This document shows positions 30,745 through 45,377 of a DNA stretch of 64,000 nucleotides, in pieces. The position numbers and the translations under genes are program-made. The notes beneath the pieces were generated by a model. It saw nothing but the letters and a program-made list of their open reading frames with translations. It did not search any database and had not been told where the DNA came from. Each line of letters starts with the position of its first letter. Positions within the stretch are counted from its first letter, which is position 1. Source of the stretch: the human T2T-CHM13v2.0 reference genome, Homo sapiens. The DNA lies in assembly GCF_009914755.1 (NCBI RefSeq), contig NC_060927.1. One strand, 5' to 3'.

Positions 30745-31690
30745 CATGAGGGCTAATTTTACATGTGAACTTGACTAGGCTAAGGGATGCCCACATAGCT
30801 GTAAAACATTATATCTGGGTGTATCTGCAAGGGTACATCCAGAAGAGATTAGCATTGGAATCAGCCAACTGAGTAAAGAAAATCGCTGCCTTAGTACATT
30901 TTGTGTTGCTATAACAGAATACCTGAGACTGGGTAATTTAGAAAGAAAAGAGGTATATTTAGCTCATGCTTCTGCAGGCTGAAAAGTTCAAGAAGCATAG
31001 CACCAGCATCTGCTCTGCTTCTGCAGAAGGCTTTTCATGCTGTGTCACAACATGGCAAAGATCAAAGGGGAAGCAGATACGTGTGAAGGAACAAAACCTA
31101 TGGGCGCCCTGGCTTTACAACAACTCACTCTCCCAGGAACGAATCCAGCCTCAGCAGAGTGAGAACTCACTCACTACCAGAAGAACAGCACCAAGTCATT
31201 CCTGAGGGATCTGACCCCATGACCCACACACCTTCCACTAGGCCCCACCTTCCAACACCACCACATCGGAGATCAAATTTCAACGTGAGTTTCGGTGGAA
31301 ACAAACTCAAACCATAGCAATCGCCCTCACCAAATTCAGGTGGGCGTTATCAAATCCACTGAAGGCTTGAATAGAGCAAAAAGGTAGAGGAGGGGAGAAT
31401 TCACTCTCTTCTTGAGCTGAGACATCCATCTTCCCCTGCCCTTGGAAAGCGGGCTCCTGGTTCTCAGGCCTCTGACTTAGGCTGGGACTTACAACATTGT
31501 CTCTCCTGGGTTTCAGGCCTTCAGGCTTGGACTGAAACCACGTCACTGGCTTTTCTGGTCCTCCAGCTTACAGACAACAGCTCATGGGTCTTCTCAGTCT
31601 CCGTAACGGCATGAGCCAATCCCCCACAGTAAATCTTTCTATATGTCTATATAAATCCTAAGGGTTCTGTTTCTCCAGGGAACGCTGATA
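30745..31690 (+). mobile_element. MLT2 (ERVL) LTR interrupted by an MST LTR
   Basis: taattttacatgtgaacttgactaggctaagggatgccca...agattagcatt resumes at cctcaccaaattcaggtgggcgttatcaaatcc...ggttctgtttctccagggaac. Confidence 0.8.
30887..31319 (-). mobile_element. MST (MaLR) solo LTR
   Basis: TG...CA termini, perfect 5-bp TSD ATCGC (30882-30886 and 31320-31324), MST motif gttgctataacagaatacctgagactgggtaattt. Confidence 0.88.
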
Positions 31691-33274
31691 GTGCAGCCGG
31701 TGCCCGAGAGAGCACCGCATCCCCTCCCCTCATCATGATTCCAGGCCCTCCATGCATCTGACGAGCACACAGTCAGGTGGCACTCAAGGCCCTCCCCTCC
31801 ACGCGCCCCCACAGGCCAGGGAAGTGCCGTCCGCCCACCCACTTCTCTTTGAATGGCAGCACTATTCCATCACTCTGGCTCATCTTCCACGCCTCCTCTT
31901 CCTCGCTTGCCAAATCCTGTCACTTTTCCAACAGAAATGTCTCTCCCTTCACCGTTTCCTTCCTACTCCCACCTCAGGCCCCATACCCACGTTGCCAGAC
32001 TTGCATCAGCCTCCTCAATCCTGTAAATGCTCCCTGTCCAACCGACCGTGCACTCCTGCCTGCAGACCTCAGTGGATCCCCTTTTACACTTCGGTTCTGT
32101 AGATACTCCTCACCCCAGCATGTGAGGGCAACCATGATGTGTCACATTCCAGCCTCAACTCCTGCCTGCTCCAGGGAGGACCCTGTGCTTGGGTCACCGG
32201 GGAAGACTCTGTGTACCCGGACATACGTGGCACATTCCAGCTTCCAATCCTTTGCTTCCACTGCTCCCCCTGCCAGCGAGGCTCTTGCTGCGCGGCCCCT
32301 CTCAAAAGTGACCTCCTTCATGAAACCTTCCCTGGGCTCTCCCCCATCCAGCTCTCCCCAGCTGCTGCTCAGCTCCCCTCCTCCTCCGAGTCGCTCTTCC
32401 CACTCCGACTCTCACCTTGCACTTCCCCCGTGCTCATTTTATTCTACCTTGTATTATTTGCGCAGTTGTTGTAGACACCCCCCCACCCCTCCACCCAGCA
32501 CAAATGATGAGCTCCCTGTGGGTGAAGCCTGCACCATCCTCATCACTGTATCCCTGGGCTATACATACAGAGATGCTCAAGACATAACTGTTTCCTCAAA
32601 TGAAACTGAACAAACCGTTCTTTAGAGGGAGCAGGCGGGGCAGACTGCCAAGGTGCGCTGCGGAGGGCCTTGGCACTGGCTGCTACATCAGAAGCTGGCA
32701 TCACCCACCCTGGGGACAGGTCTCCTCTGTCCAGCACAGCTTGATTGTAAGTTTATGAGTCATGGTCATGAGGCCACAGCAGCTTAATGAAGGACATTCT
32801 CTATCCACACTCACATGCATGCACAGACACACAGATACACCCTAGATAGGCATATCATTTCCCGCTTAGAGATCACAGTTAAGCCTCCAGGAGATGGCGA
32901 GAAGACGGGTAGAGATGCTCAGGCCAAAACCCTGCTTTGGGTTGTCCTCTCCAGAGATTTGTTACCTCCTTTCTCCTTTTCCTCCTGCCTGGAGCAGGTA
33001 GGAAGTGCGCTAAGAAAGAGGTGAGAGGCAGGAAGGTAGGGTGGGAGGTGAGGGGTGAGTGATCTGTGCCCCAGGCCCTACAGATGGCCGCATCTCCATT
33101 CTCCTACACGGCCAAGAGCCTGGACCATCTGAGACAGATGCCAGAGGCTTGAGGCCAGCCAAAGCCTCGCCACCCCGGTCTGCTCAGTTCTGACACTGTT
33201 TGTCCCTGGGGGGTAACAAGCAGCTCAGGGCAGCGGTGAGGGGCAGTGGCCACACCATACCCCCTTCAGATCCT

Positions 33275-33710
33275 GCACTAGTCTGCTAGGGCTACTGCAG
33301 CAAAATTCCCCAACTCAGTGGCATAAACAACGGAAATCTATTGTCTCACAGTTCTGAAGGCCAGAAGTCCAAAATCAAAACGTTGGCAGAGTTGGTTCCT
33401 TCTGAGGGCTGTTTCCCCAGAAGGAAAAATCTGTTCCCTGCCTCTCTCCTGGCTTGTGGTAGCCTCAGGTGTTCCTTGGCTTGTAGATGGTGTTCTCTCC
33501 CTGTCTTCAGGTCATCTTGCCTCTGCGTATGTCTGTCTCTGTGTCCAAATTTCCCCTTTTTATAAGGACACCAGTCACACTGGATTAGGGCCCACCCTGA
33601 TGACATCTTAACATTGTCATTTGCAAAGACCCTATTTTCAAATAAGTCATAGGTACTGTGGGTTGGGATTTCAATATCCTTTTTGGGAGACAGTTTAACA
33701 TATAACAGAC
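33275..33710 (-). mobile_element. MLT1 (MaLR) solo LTR
   Basis: ttgtctcacagttctgaaggccagaagtccaaaatcaa...ttataaggacaccagtcacactggattagggcccaccct. Confidence 0.85.
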
Positions 33711-36700
33711 CCCAAGGATGGGAATCACTCCAGGTGCTTATTGTTCTGTTGAAAGAATGACTATAAAAGAGTAAATCTTCGTAGGGTTTACCAGGTGCTA
33801 CACACTATTATAAGCATGTTTACCAGCACTGAGAAGTAGGTTACTTTTATTATCTCCACTTCCTACTGAGAAAGCAGAGACCCAGACAGGTTAGGTAACT
33901 GCCTCAAGGTTGTACAGTACATGAATGACAAACCCAGGATTCAAACTCAGGTGGTCTTTAGCCACTACAGTACAATAATCACGTCATACTGTTAGCACTT
34001 GTGCCGGTTCTGAGCAGCACAGACATTATCTCATCATGACACCTAGTCCTAAATCTAGTACCTGGGTGTGGTCCACTATGACCATCAGATTGAGCCATGG
34101 GGAGTTCTCACAGGGCAATTGCTCCCTGTACCCTGGCTCACATTGTCACCCAAGGGTGGGTGGTAGGCAATGACTGGGTGGGAGGAGTTCTGAGTGGGCA
34201 AGTAAAGAGTAAAGGGCATGGGGGCACAGGACAGATGGAGCCCACTGCCTTCCTTTTTGAGAGCTCCCCCACTGGCCTCCCAGGCAGGCACAAGACCACA
34301 TTATATCAAACCCACTGCTATGCTATAGTGGAAAGGATTTATTGATATGTCCTGTTGGCTTTTTATTCAATGGGGGAGGACTGTGGGAGAGAGAGTTGAG
34401 CATGAAAAGCCTGAAACTCACTGTGTTCAAGCGCCACAGCCATCCCTGGTGTGCTAACCACAGCCCTGGCCTGGAGCCAGCCCCTCAACTCACGGCCTTC
34501 TCCGTAAATGTGTGTGCATGTTGGTGTGCTGTTGTTGTTATTGTCACTGTTGTAATAATCACATTACCCGGTGTTTCTCCCCTGGCCACTCCAGGGACAG
34601 CACAGACATTAGCTCATAATAATGCAGTCTTTACTAGGAAGCAAAAAACTGTGCAGGCACTGGGACTGTCAGCTTCCTCCTGGGCAGAGGGGCACTTGAA
34701 GGGTTCTGCTCAGCTCCTAATGCTGCCAGGCTTTCTCCCCTTTCTCTCGGCAAAGTGGCACCAAAGCTGAGTCTAGATTTGGATGAGCAGTTAAAGCAGC
34801 CAGAAGCTAAAATGAACAAGATCTTGAAAAACTGAGGGTAGGCACAGTGGCCAGAGGAGCTAGTCATTTAGTAGACGTACCTCCTCTCGGGCTTCCCACG
34901 GAAGTCCCATGGGCAGGGTGGTAGGTTAGGGTGTTTTATACAGATTAGTAAACAAATTCTCACAACAGCCCTGTGGAGTGGATAGCAATAGCTCCAAGTG
35001 CTAGATGGAGACACTGAGGGTCAGACAGTTGCCATCACTTCTCCAAGGCTCTTATATACAGGTAGGTGGTGGAGCTGGGTTTCAAATGCAGAGCCGCCTG
35101 ACTGGAATGCCCCGGCACCTACCATTAAACCACACAGCCACTGAGTCACAACTGCAGGGCAGAGGCAGTGAGCTCAGCTCATGTCTGGTGGCAGGGGGCG
35201 CTGCGAATCCCCCTCCTCAACCCCAGCCAGAATGCCCAGCTGTAAGGACTCGCCTCCTCCCAGATCATAGGATAACAGCTTCCAGGCTGGGCCCATCAGC
35301 AGCAGGCTTGGTCTCTCTTCTCATCAAGCTTTTAGAGGCCATAAGGCTCCAGAAGAATCCAAGGCCTGTGGCCATTTCAGGGGAGGGGGCAAGCATGCCA
35401 ATTAATGAGATGGTCCTTTCTCAAGTAGGGGAGATACAGACACAGAGATACCACCCGATAGGAGCGAGGAATTTTGTATAGCAGAATCTGGACACATGGT
35501 ACAGAAACTTCCCTGTTTCCCTCCTGGGAAGGAGCATCAGGGCTGACTTCACAGACAGGAGAGACTTCCCTGCACCTTGCAGTGAGAGGACAGACCAGTT
35601 ACTGGAGCCACCCTGGCCCCGGGCTCAGGAGTGGGTCAGACAAGGCAGCAGCCCAAGAGGATACAGGAGGTCTGGCCTCACTCTTGAGCCCACCAAGAGG
35701 CACCAGCCCAGCCCGCCCCAATTGCCGGCCCATCCCACACTCACATCCGCCTCCTCCTTACTCATGCCCACGCTGGGCACGAGCCCAAGCTGGGCACAAG
35801 CTCCACTGGCTATCAGGCTTGTGGAATCCTGACCCCTGGCTATAAAACCCATCCCCGCCCCACCCCTGCGGAGAAGGGGAAGCGGAGGGAAGCCACTAAG
35901 GGGATGTGATTCTGCGCCGTGGGAGGTGGGAAGTTTCTCTTTTTCCCGCATCCCCAGCTACAGCCTTGAGGCCTCCACATCCCACAGCCTCCTTCCCAGA
36001 TCTTTAGGCGCCGAGGACTGGGCAGCTTCTGCATCTCACAGCCAGAAACTGGGTCCTGATGGGAGGGAAGAGGGGGTGCAATGCCATCCTCAAGGGGCTC
36101 TCAGACTAAGGTGCAATACCCGTTTCTGTCCTCAGAGTTCCCAATCTGCTGAGGACAGACAAGCCCCTGCCCTCAAGAGCTCCCTGACACTATTCTAAGA
36201 AGGCCCGTCACCAAGCCCCAAGGCAGAAGGGCCCCAGAGGACAGGGCCCGGCGGCTGGCAGTCCCTCTGCAGTAAGAATCCAGTCCCAGGAGCACACTGT
36301 CTTCCTGAGGCCAAGAAGGGTTCTCGGGTATGAGGAAAGAAGGGCAGGGGAGGGTGGCCAGCTCAGTGGGAGAGCATAGGTGGCCACCCCAGGACTCAGC
36401 CCTGACACAGCACCTGCTCAGCCCCTGATGTCCTTGGAGTGGCAGGGAGCACCATTCCCATCTCTTCCACACACAGGCCAACGCCCAGTGAGAGGCCTTG
36501 GGCAGCCTATGGCAGAAGGTCTCGCTTTTCATTCTGTCCTCCCTGTGGTTCCATGCTGGCCTTTGAGCATCCCGGTGCCAGGTGTGGGAGAAACATGGTG
36601 AGGCCACCGTCCTAGAGCAGATGGCTGGGCCTGAGACAAGGAGACTGGAAGCCAGCATGAGGATTATCCCACGGCACTCAAGTGTCTGCACTGTGCACAC

Positions 36701-37301
36701 GCACGTGGGACTGTGGGGGCCAAGGGGTGGGCATTTGCTCTGAGATGGAATGGTGGGCAGGGCTGGGCACACGCTGCCCCTCCGCTCAGGCCTGTGCCTT
36801 CTGATACCCTTTGCTCTCAGATGCTGAGACAGACCCAAGCCTGCTCCTTTCATGAGCAGAGTCCTGGGCTGGGAGCTCTCTGAAGGCAGGAGCCAAGTTT
36901 CCCACCTCTACAAGATGGGGGTTTGGTGGGGTCAGGCAGAGAAGCAGACCTTGGGGCCTCCCCAGGGGGAAGGCAAGTGCTCTCCTATATCCTAGCAGGG
37001 GGTGCTCAGAGGTCCCAATTCCCCATGCCAATTTCCCTGGAAAGATGGTCCAGGCAGAATGCACAGTCCTCTCACACATGAGCCGTTCCCAGGGCTGAAC
37101 TCCTCTGAGGGCTAGAACAAGCACAGCGAGGCCTTGGTGGCTGGGGGCATTTCTGAGGAGGTGGCTGCCTCCTACCACCCTTACAGCCCTTCCTCCAGCC
37201 TTACCCAGAATGACCGTCCTCCTGATGGCTTCTCCTTCTCCACCCCATGTTCAGCCTGGCCAGTACACACTGGCTTTTCTAATGGGCTCCAGGTTTGAAG
37301 G

Positions 37302-37341
37302 GTGTGTGTGTGTGTGCGCGCATGCACGCACGCGCGCATGT
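37302..37341. repeat. 40-bp alternating purine-pyrimidine tract, (GT)n running into CG-rich sequence
   Basis: gtgtgtgtgtgtgtgcgcgcatgcacgcacgcgcgcatgt. Confidence 0.85.
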
Positions 37342-38811
37342 CAGCATGCCCATGTGCCCATCTGTCCTGGGGAGCAATAATAGTTAATAAATAAGTGAAT
37401 GGCAAAAATAGCCTCAAAGGAGCTGACAGGCAGAAGGCCAGAGAGGCCGGGCGTGGGGCCAGCACCCTGAAATGCCAAATGTTAATTTAGCCAAAAAGAA
37501 AAAAAGGTTCATTTCGAGACTGACTCCTTCAGCCAGGGTCAGGGTCTGTTGTGACTTCTGGCGCACTGGCACACCCCCTCCCCAGGCATCCTGAGTGCAG
37601 CCCAGGCATGAGGGGCCCCCTCTCAATGTTAGGGTAACTGAGCACTGCAGAGAGGGGCCCATCCTGGTGCACACAAGGTTATGGATGGGCAGGAAGCTGG
37701 CAGACCGCTTGCCAGCAGTTCTCCAACCATCCACCCAGTTGGCCAGCCCTGTGTTCACAGGTCCAACCAGCCAAAGGAATGTTCTGGACATCATTACAAC
37801 CTCACACTCCAGGCATGGGTCCTGCCTCACCTAGACACTCACTTGGGGGAAAGGGATTGGGCTTATTGTCTCGGTTATCAACAGCCCTCGCCAGATCCCT
37901 CGGGTGTCCCATTTGATGTCTCAGGTCTTCGCCATGTGCCACCTTCTCTGCAACAGGCCTCACAGGCTCAGAGCTCTCTCAGCACTGAGGCCTCTGGTGG
38001 TCTGTGGGTGGTTTCATTGTGTTCCACTGCATGTGTGCATGTCTTGATGAAGTTACAGAAGGAAGTACATCTGGAAGAAGCAGCTGTATGGCTTTCCTCT
38101 CTGTCCCAGTGGCCCCAGCCCTTTCAAAACCATCCACAGCTTATTTACCAGATCCTCTAGAGCAGTCCCCAGAAGGGATGCTGGTCACAGGGCTGACCTC
38201 GCCACAGCCTCCCTCAGCTGCAGCCACCCCCAGATTCAGGAGGACCTGGCCCAGCCCACCCCCCCAGTTCACACCACTCACCCCAGGGAGCCCTGGCCCC
38301 AGCTTACAAGCTGGTCCCAGTCAGGTTCTAGGGGCAGCCTGGCTCCTGGAAGGTCTGTGCTGGTCACTTGGTAGCCAGCAGCCAGAATAAGGACAGGGCC
38401 AGGGGAGGGTAAAACCCATGACCCAGGACCTAGCTCTTCTTCCACTTCTTTTTGGAGGTAGTGCAGTTTTCTTCTTGCCTGTTTACTGCCATCCAAACAT
38501 ACAGGCAGTCCAGAGAAACACAAGCTCTCCTGGAATGTGTGGGAATTTAAAAGTACAAACCATCCACATTTGGGACAGACCCCGGGTCATTTATTGAGGG
38601 CTTTGTACAGTCCCTGTGCTAAGTGCTCTGCTTATATCATCACATGTAATGCTCTACACAACCCTCTGGGGAGCAGGCATCATGATATCCCATTTCATGG
38701 AGGAGAGCACTAAAGCCCAGAAAGGGCAGGGCGCTTGCCAAGGAGAAACACCCTGCAGCATGGCAACATGGGGGTGGACAGCAGTGAACAGGATGAAGTT
38801 CCTACCTGTAG

Positions 38812-39184
<373 letters not shown>

Positions 39185-40169
39185 GAGCTGACATTCTAAA
39201 GAGGTTATGGACGGAAGGAGGGCAAGGAATAAACAGAAGAGTTAAGTACATACTTTGTCAGGCAGCCCCTGAGAAAGGAAGCTATGTGGAGGTTGGCGCA
39301 AGGAGCCTGTAGGAGTACCAGGAGCTCTGCTGGGGCTTGGGGTGCCCTAGACACCAGGGTCCAAGGAATGAGGTCCTCAGAGGCACTCAGTGGGGGCTCC
39401 CAGAGGGAGGAGAAGCTAGGAGGTTGACTCTTCGGGTGCTTAACACCTGGATGAAGGCAGAGCCCTGGGAATCTGAAGGAAGGAGGCTGTCATGGGATAT
39501 TTAAAGCCCAAGAAAAGGAGGAAGGCCTTTGGGATCCATCCAAGTCCCCTGGGGAAGAGGTGATATCTGGTTCCCCAGAGGCTAGGGAGGATCTCCTGAT
39601 TGGGGGACATTAGGGACAAGCTTTAGTGCCACTGGTAACCAAGGTAGAAAGACACTAATAGGCAGATGCCCAGGGGCTCCCTGTGTCCCTAGCCCTCCAG
39701 CTCCCTCAGTGGGCCTCCTCCAGCCTCCCTGGACAAGGGCAGCAGCCAGCATACCCATCACTGGCCTCTAGGCTCTCCCTCTGTAGACCACCTCCATGCC
39801 CTAACACTAGACCCACCTTTCTAATCACAGGTGGGACCATATCTATTTACTCTCCTACACACAGCTTTCTAGAAATCTCCTTTCCCTCCAACAAACCCAA
39901 ATGTATTGGCGCAGAAGTCTATACACTTCCCAACCCAGTCCCACTTACCAGCCAGCCTCGCCTTTCCACCATATTCCTTGGCCACTCTCCCTGGCCCCTG
40001 GTTTAGTCTCTTGCCACCATGCCTTCGCTCCTGCTGTTACCTGTGTGAGGGTTGCCCTTTCCCATGTCTCTGCACATGGAAATCCCTATTCATCCTCTAA
40101 GCTGGCTCAGAGAACATCTTTTTTGGGAAGTCTCCTAGGACCCTCCACTGGACTTGGGAGGTGGTGATG

Positions 40170-40350
40170 TATAAGAGGCCAGACCCCAGAGTCAGGCTGC
40201 CCAGTTCCTTGTGTGAGCTTGGGCAAGTTACTTAACCTGCCATACTCAGTGTCCTCATCTGCAAGATGTGGGTGACAATATCAGTGCTTACTTCATAGGA
40301 CTACTGTGGAGATTAACTGAGTTAACAGAAGTAATTAGAACACAGCTTGA
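40170..40350 (+). mobile_element. MIR
   Basis: tgtgtgagcttgggcaagttacttaacct...ctcagtgtcctcatctgcaagatg. Confidence 0.75.
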
Positions 40351-41269
40351 CACAGGTGGCAGTTATTTACAGGTTTGCTGTTGAGGACAGGGTCTGTGGC
40401 TTGTTCATCTTGGTTTCCCAGTGCCTAACACATGGTAGATATTTGTTAAATAATTCAGCCCAACAATCATTTAACACAGGCACCTAGGCAAAGAGAGAAC
40501 TGATAATAACGAAAATAAAGTCAAGTTAGGGATGATGAGGAATTTTGTTGGGAGGCATGCTAGGTTCAAGCAAATGGAGGGACAGTGACTAGGAGGATCA
40601 ACGGACAGGGACCCATGTCTGAAGTCGAGTCTAGAAAGAAATATGTGAGAACCATGCGCCACCTGGCCTTGTGACTCTCTGCTTCTCCAGGTTTGTAGTA
40701 CTTTTGTCCCCATAGCACTCCCGGTCCCTGGAGTACAGTCCCTTCTTATTTGACCCAAGGGCACCCTTTATGGCACACACAGGCAGGACCTTCAGGGACC
40801 ATCTGATCTTGCTGTACAGACAAGGAAACTGAGGCAGGGGTGGATGTCTTCTTGCCAGGACTTTTGTGCCTGCAGTCATGCACTGTAGTGTAACAATTGG
40901 TGTCCCTGCAGTCACCTGAAAATCCCTTTGTCTGCCTCCTCTCTCTGGCTGTTGACATAGGTTCTGCTACCAGGCTACCTCCTAGCTCCTGCTCTCTGGA
41001 TTACAGTGTCTCCATCTCCTCGCTCCCTTGCGTCCTCCAAAGCCTCCTCTAGCCCTGTCCTCTGAGAATCACCAGGCATAGGCTCAGCAGGAAGTTCCCC
41101 TCCACTCTCAATCTAACCATCATATTGTGCCTTTCCTGAGCCCACCTCCTGGTGCAGTGAACATAGAAACTTCTGTCTCTCAGAGGGGCCTGGGACTCCC
41201 CATCACTTCAGGGAAAGGAGAACCTGATAACGTCAATCTGTTCTCCCCCTGGGAAGAGCACTGGATGGT

Positions 41270-41670
41270 AGAACTGCATCCCCAGGGCACATGCCTCTAA
41301 TTTGCGGGGGGTGCCTATTTGGGATACAGATTCCTGGGCTCTACTCCAGACTCACTGAATCAGACTCTCTTGACGAGGGGCCCAGGAATCAAATTTTTAA
41401 ACGGAGTTCCTGGGGAATTCTTGCACACCTACGTTTGTGAGCTATTGGAGTAGTAGTTCAGAGTGCGAGCACTGGAGCCCTATCATACCACTTTTTAACT
41501 GTGCAACCTTAAGCAAGTCACTTAGCTTCTCTGAACCTCAATTTCCTTATCTATAAAAGGTTCTCATCTGAAGAAAAATAAAAAGACAATAGCCACCTAA
41601 TGGGAGATTATGAGGGTCAAATGAGCTACTAAGTGTTCAGCACCATGCCTGACACTCTGCGTGTCATAAA
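41270..41670. mobile_element. MER5-like relic followed by a MIR
   Basis: tacagattcctgggctctactccagactcactgaatcagactct...gcccaggaatc, then gcaagtcacttagcttctctgaacctcaatttccttatctataaaa. Confidence 0.65.
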
Positions 41671-43871
41671 TGATAGGGATTGGCAGTATTTGTATTGCCT
41701 ATTATTTTTAGGCTGGGCATCTCCCAAAAGTAGATTTCCATCAGACCGAACATTCTGCAAAGGCAGGGACAAAGCCTCCTGTTTCCTCTCCATGCCCAGA
41801 GCCCTAGGGGCTCATTAGGAAAGTGCACAGGCTGTGGCATGGAAAAGAAAGAGTTGCTGTTCCCAAAGACCGCTAGATGCCATGGTCCATCCCACACCTG
41901 GCTGGCTATTAGGATACTTCCAAATCCAGAGGGGACCCCAGATAAAAGGAGGATCCCCCCAACCCTGCCCCAGTGAGTGCCTGTGCTCAGCCCCCTCATC
42001 TGAGACCACAAAGTCTGCCTCTCCTCAGAGCAGAAGGCAAAGTAAGCTCCCTCATCTCAGGAGCACGACCCACCCACCCCCACCTGCCAATCACGCAGCA
42101 TCCTGAAGGCTTCTTCACTCGGGGCCTGGAGTTCACAGAAACACAGAGGCTGCCACATTCACAAGTGACAGAGCAACAGAATGACAGTGACAGAGTGAGG
42201 CATCTTCCTCTAAAACCACCTGATGGCCCATCCTCAAGAGGGCAGGGGGCAGGTGTAGTCAGGGGACAGCAGGTGGAGAGCATGGGCTGCATATGCACCA
42301 TCAGGGTGGCATATCCCACCTGTGTGGCCAGTCCAGACTTCTCAGCTTCTGAAAAAACCAAGACTCTGAGCAACCACACTCTGCTGGGGAAGAGGCTGCC
42401 CCACCCCATACCCACGTCCAACCCCAACTGTTCCTCCCCAGCTCACCTGCCCCAACGGCTGCCCTGGGGGTGGGGTGTGGAGACCCAGCAGGAGTGTCAG
42501 CGGGGGCAGCTCGGCCTGGGAAGGGAGTGAATGCCGGCCTCAGCCCTTCTCCCACCTCTCGACAAAGCATGCAGGTCAGCATCTCCTCCATTCCCCCATG
42601 CCCTCAGCACAGCCTCCCACATCTGTCCACGGCAAACACATGGAGACCCTCTTCCTGCTCCACAAAGGAACCTAGAGGAGACCCAGGGAACACAGGATGA
42701 GCATTCCATATCTTTCAGTTCCCTTAAGATAAACTAGACCTGTTCCTTAAGTCCCAGACTGAGGGTGATTTCCAGAAGACACAGAGGGAAAACAAAGAGC
42801 AAAAAGACTGTGGGGAATACAGGCCGGACTCAGCCTTACAGATCTGGACTCACAGGGACAGGCCTCACCTAGACACCATCGCATCCTCCGATGTGGCTCC
42901 CCACCACCCCACAAGCTTGCCTGGCTCCCGGACACCCCAGGATGGAAGCAGAGGCTGACACCACTTCAGGCCCAGCAGGAGTTCCCCACAGCACTGTCTG
43001 CCAGTGAAATCACCCCGAGGCCTCGGAGAAGGAGGACCGAAATCAGCCCCACAGGCGTCAGGTGGGAAAGAAGCAAAGGCAGCAACACCCCGCACGGGGA
43101 AGATGTCAGATGGTGACTAACGGGCTTTTCTAGGCCATTGTCACCAATGCTGGAGAAATATTCCACTTTAAAAATAAGTGTAAAGCAAAATCCAAAATTA
43201 ACTCTCCCCAGATAACCCCTTTCCAAAGAAAGACCACATCACAAATCCACATGTGGTCATTCGTGGAGGATTTAACCTGAGGACATCTCCCTGTCCTGAC
43301 TAGGGATGCTTCCCAGGCCCCAGGTCCCAGCCCCACAGCTGGTGCTTGCCAACCTTTTCAGTCCTCAGACAGACCCCAACTTCATCTGCTTCTCTGTCCT
43401 CCCAGAGCCCGGACCTGCAGCAGAAGGGTCCTTGCCCTTCTTGCCCTGATCCAAAGGTGCTAGAAAATAACTGTCCACACAGTGGACAGGAAGGAAATCC
43501 TCTGAGGGTACAAGCCCCATCCTTTCCTCACCCTGCACATCACCTTTCTTAACTTTCCTAGTCTTGGCCACACATGCTAACAACAAACGCATATGGGGAG
43601 TTGCCGGCTATATAATTCTGTGCTTCTCATGAGCTACAGAGGTGAAGAAAAAGTACTAGTGCCGGACTAACACTGCTATCTACCTGTTGAGTAAACTGGA
43701 GCAAATTCATTCATCCAGCCAGCAGCTATTTATTGAGCATCTACTACAGACACTTCTAGTTTACAGCGGAGTCAAAGACAGATTCACAAAGACTAATGAA
43801 CACTGCTGAGGGTATTAAGGCCACAGGTGTTTATACAATTTCTCCCTACTCAACAGTGAAATATCATATCC

Positions 43872-44010
43872 CCCCTACTCAGGAGGCTGAGGCAGAAGGA
43901 TCACTTCAGCCCAGGAGTTCAACACTGTAATGCACTATGATTGTGCCTGTGAATAGCCCTGTACTCCAGCCTGGACAACAGAGCAAGCCTCTCTCAAAAG
44001 AAAAAAAAAA
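43872..44010 (+). mobile_element. 5'-truncated Alu monomer (FAM/FRAM-like)
   Basis: ctactcaggaggctgaggcagaaggatcacttcagcccaggagttc...ccagcctggacaacagagcaag followed by an A-tail. Confidence 0.8.
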
Positions 44011-45067
44011 TGAGAGAGAGGAGGAAAGAGCTAATAGAGTTAATATTTGACGGATCAATAGGCATTTGTTTGTAGCTAACAAGCCTTCAGGAATGTTGAG
44101 TGAGGTTTGCTGCTCTGCTAAGATGGTCAGTCTATCAGCCATGTGTAACAGTCATTTCCTAAAATATTCTTGCAGTTATTATAGCACTGCACTAAGCCAT
44201 TTATCCAGCCACATTTGGGGTTAATTGCTGGTGATAAGAGCAACATAAATATACTAAGCCACAGCCTTGCCTGACAAGGTTTTTATACCAACCACCAACC
44301 AAGTTTTCTTCCCCTCTTACACGCCTGCAATCATTTTTAGTGGCCATCACTCCTTACTGAATCACCACAATAAACCCCTTAGATATAAACAACTTGCCTT
44401 TCAATACAGCCATAAATCAGACTCGGTGTCATCACATGACCCCTCCGCTGATGAGGGAGGCTCAGGGCAGTAGTTCTCAATCCTGGCGCACAACAGAATC
44501 ACCCACAGCATTACAAAACGCTGATGCCCAGCCACTGCCGACGTACCTGGGCACCGGGATTAGGTGAAAGCTCCTTGACGTACCTTTACTTCCCACACCT
44601 TAAGCTCTGACGGACTCATTGAGGTTAACCCAGCCAGAAAGCCTAAGTCTCAGCCCTGGGCATTCAAGGTGAAAAATTGAGGCTGACACATGCACCATAA
44701 TACATGGCAATAAACTACAAGGAAGTTGAAAAGGCACTGCAGGAACTGCTATTTCCTGGGACTGCTTTGAAAAGAATAAACAATCCTCTTTGGAATTTGT
44801 GTACTGATCCACACTCACATTTATTGTCCTTCAATATGCCCAGGAACTTGCCTCTTGTCAAGTCTTTGAGGTCCTCCCGCATCTCTTAACAGCTGCAAAG
44901 AGAGAAGTGGGGAGGAGGCAGCAGGCAGGAAAAGACACCAGAAGAAAGACTGGAGAAGGAACCGGGTGGAGGGAGAGAAAAATGGTGCAACACAGCCCCT
45001 CCCAACATGGCCTGACAGCACAGTGGCGGATCCCAGAAAGGGAGAGGAGATGAAAACCAGTGTTTCC

Positions 45068-45377
<310 letters not shown>

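Noticed and set aside
32410-32418. Possible minus-strand donor AAG|GTGAGA for another alternative exon
   Set aside because: No supporting start, promoter or acceptor could be identified.
31777-32625. 282-aa ORF on the + strand
   Set aside because: P/S/L-rich translation of C/T-rich, probably L2-derived sequence; non-ATG start and no homology that I recognise.
35186-35203. CTCF-like TGGTGGCAGGGGGCGCTG
   Set aside because: Lacks the conserved CC at the start of the core motif; too weak without ChIP data.
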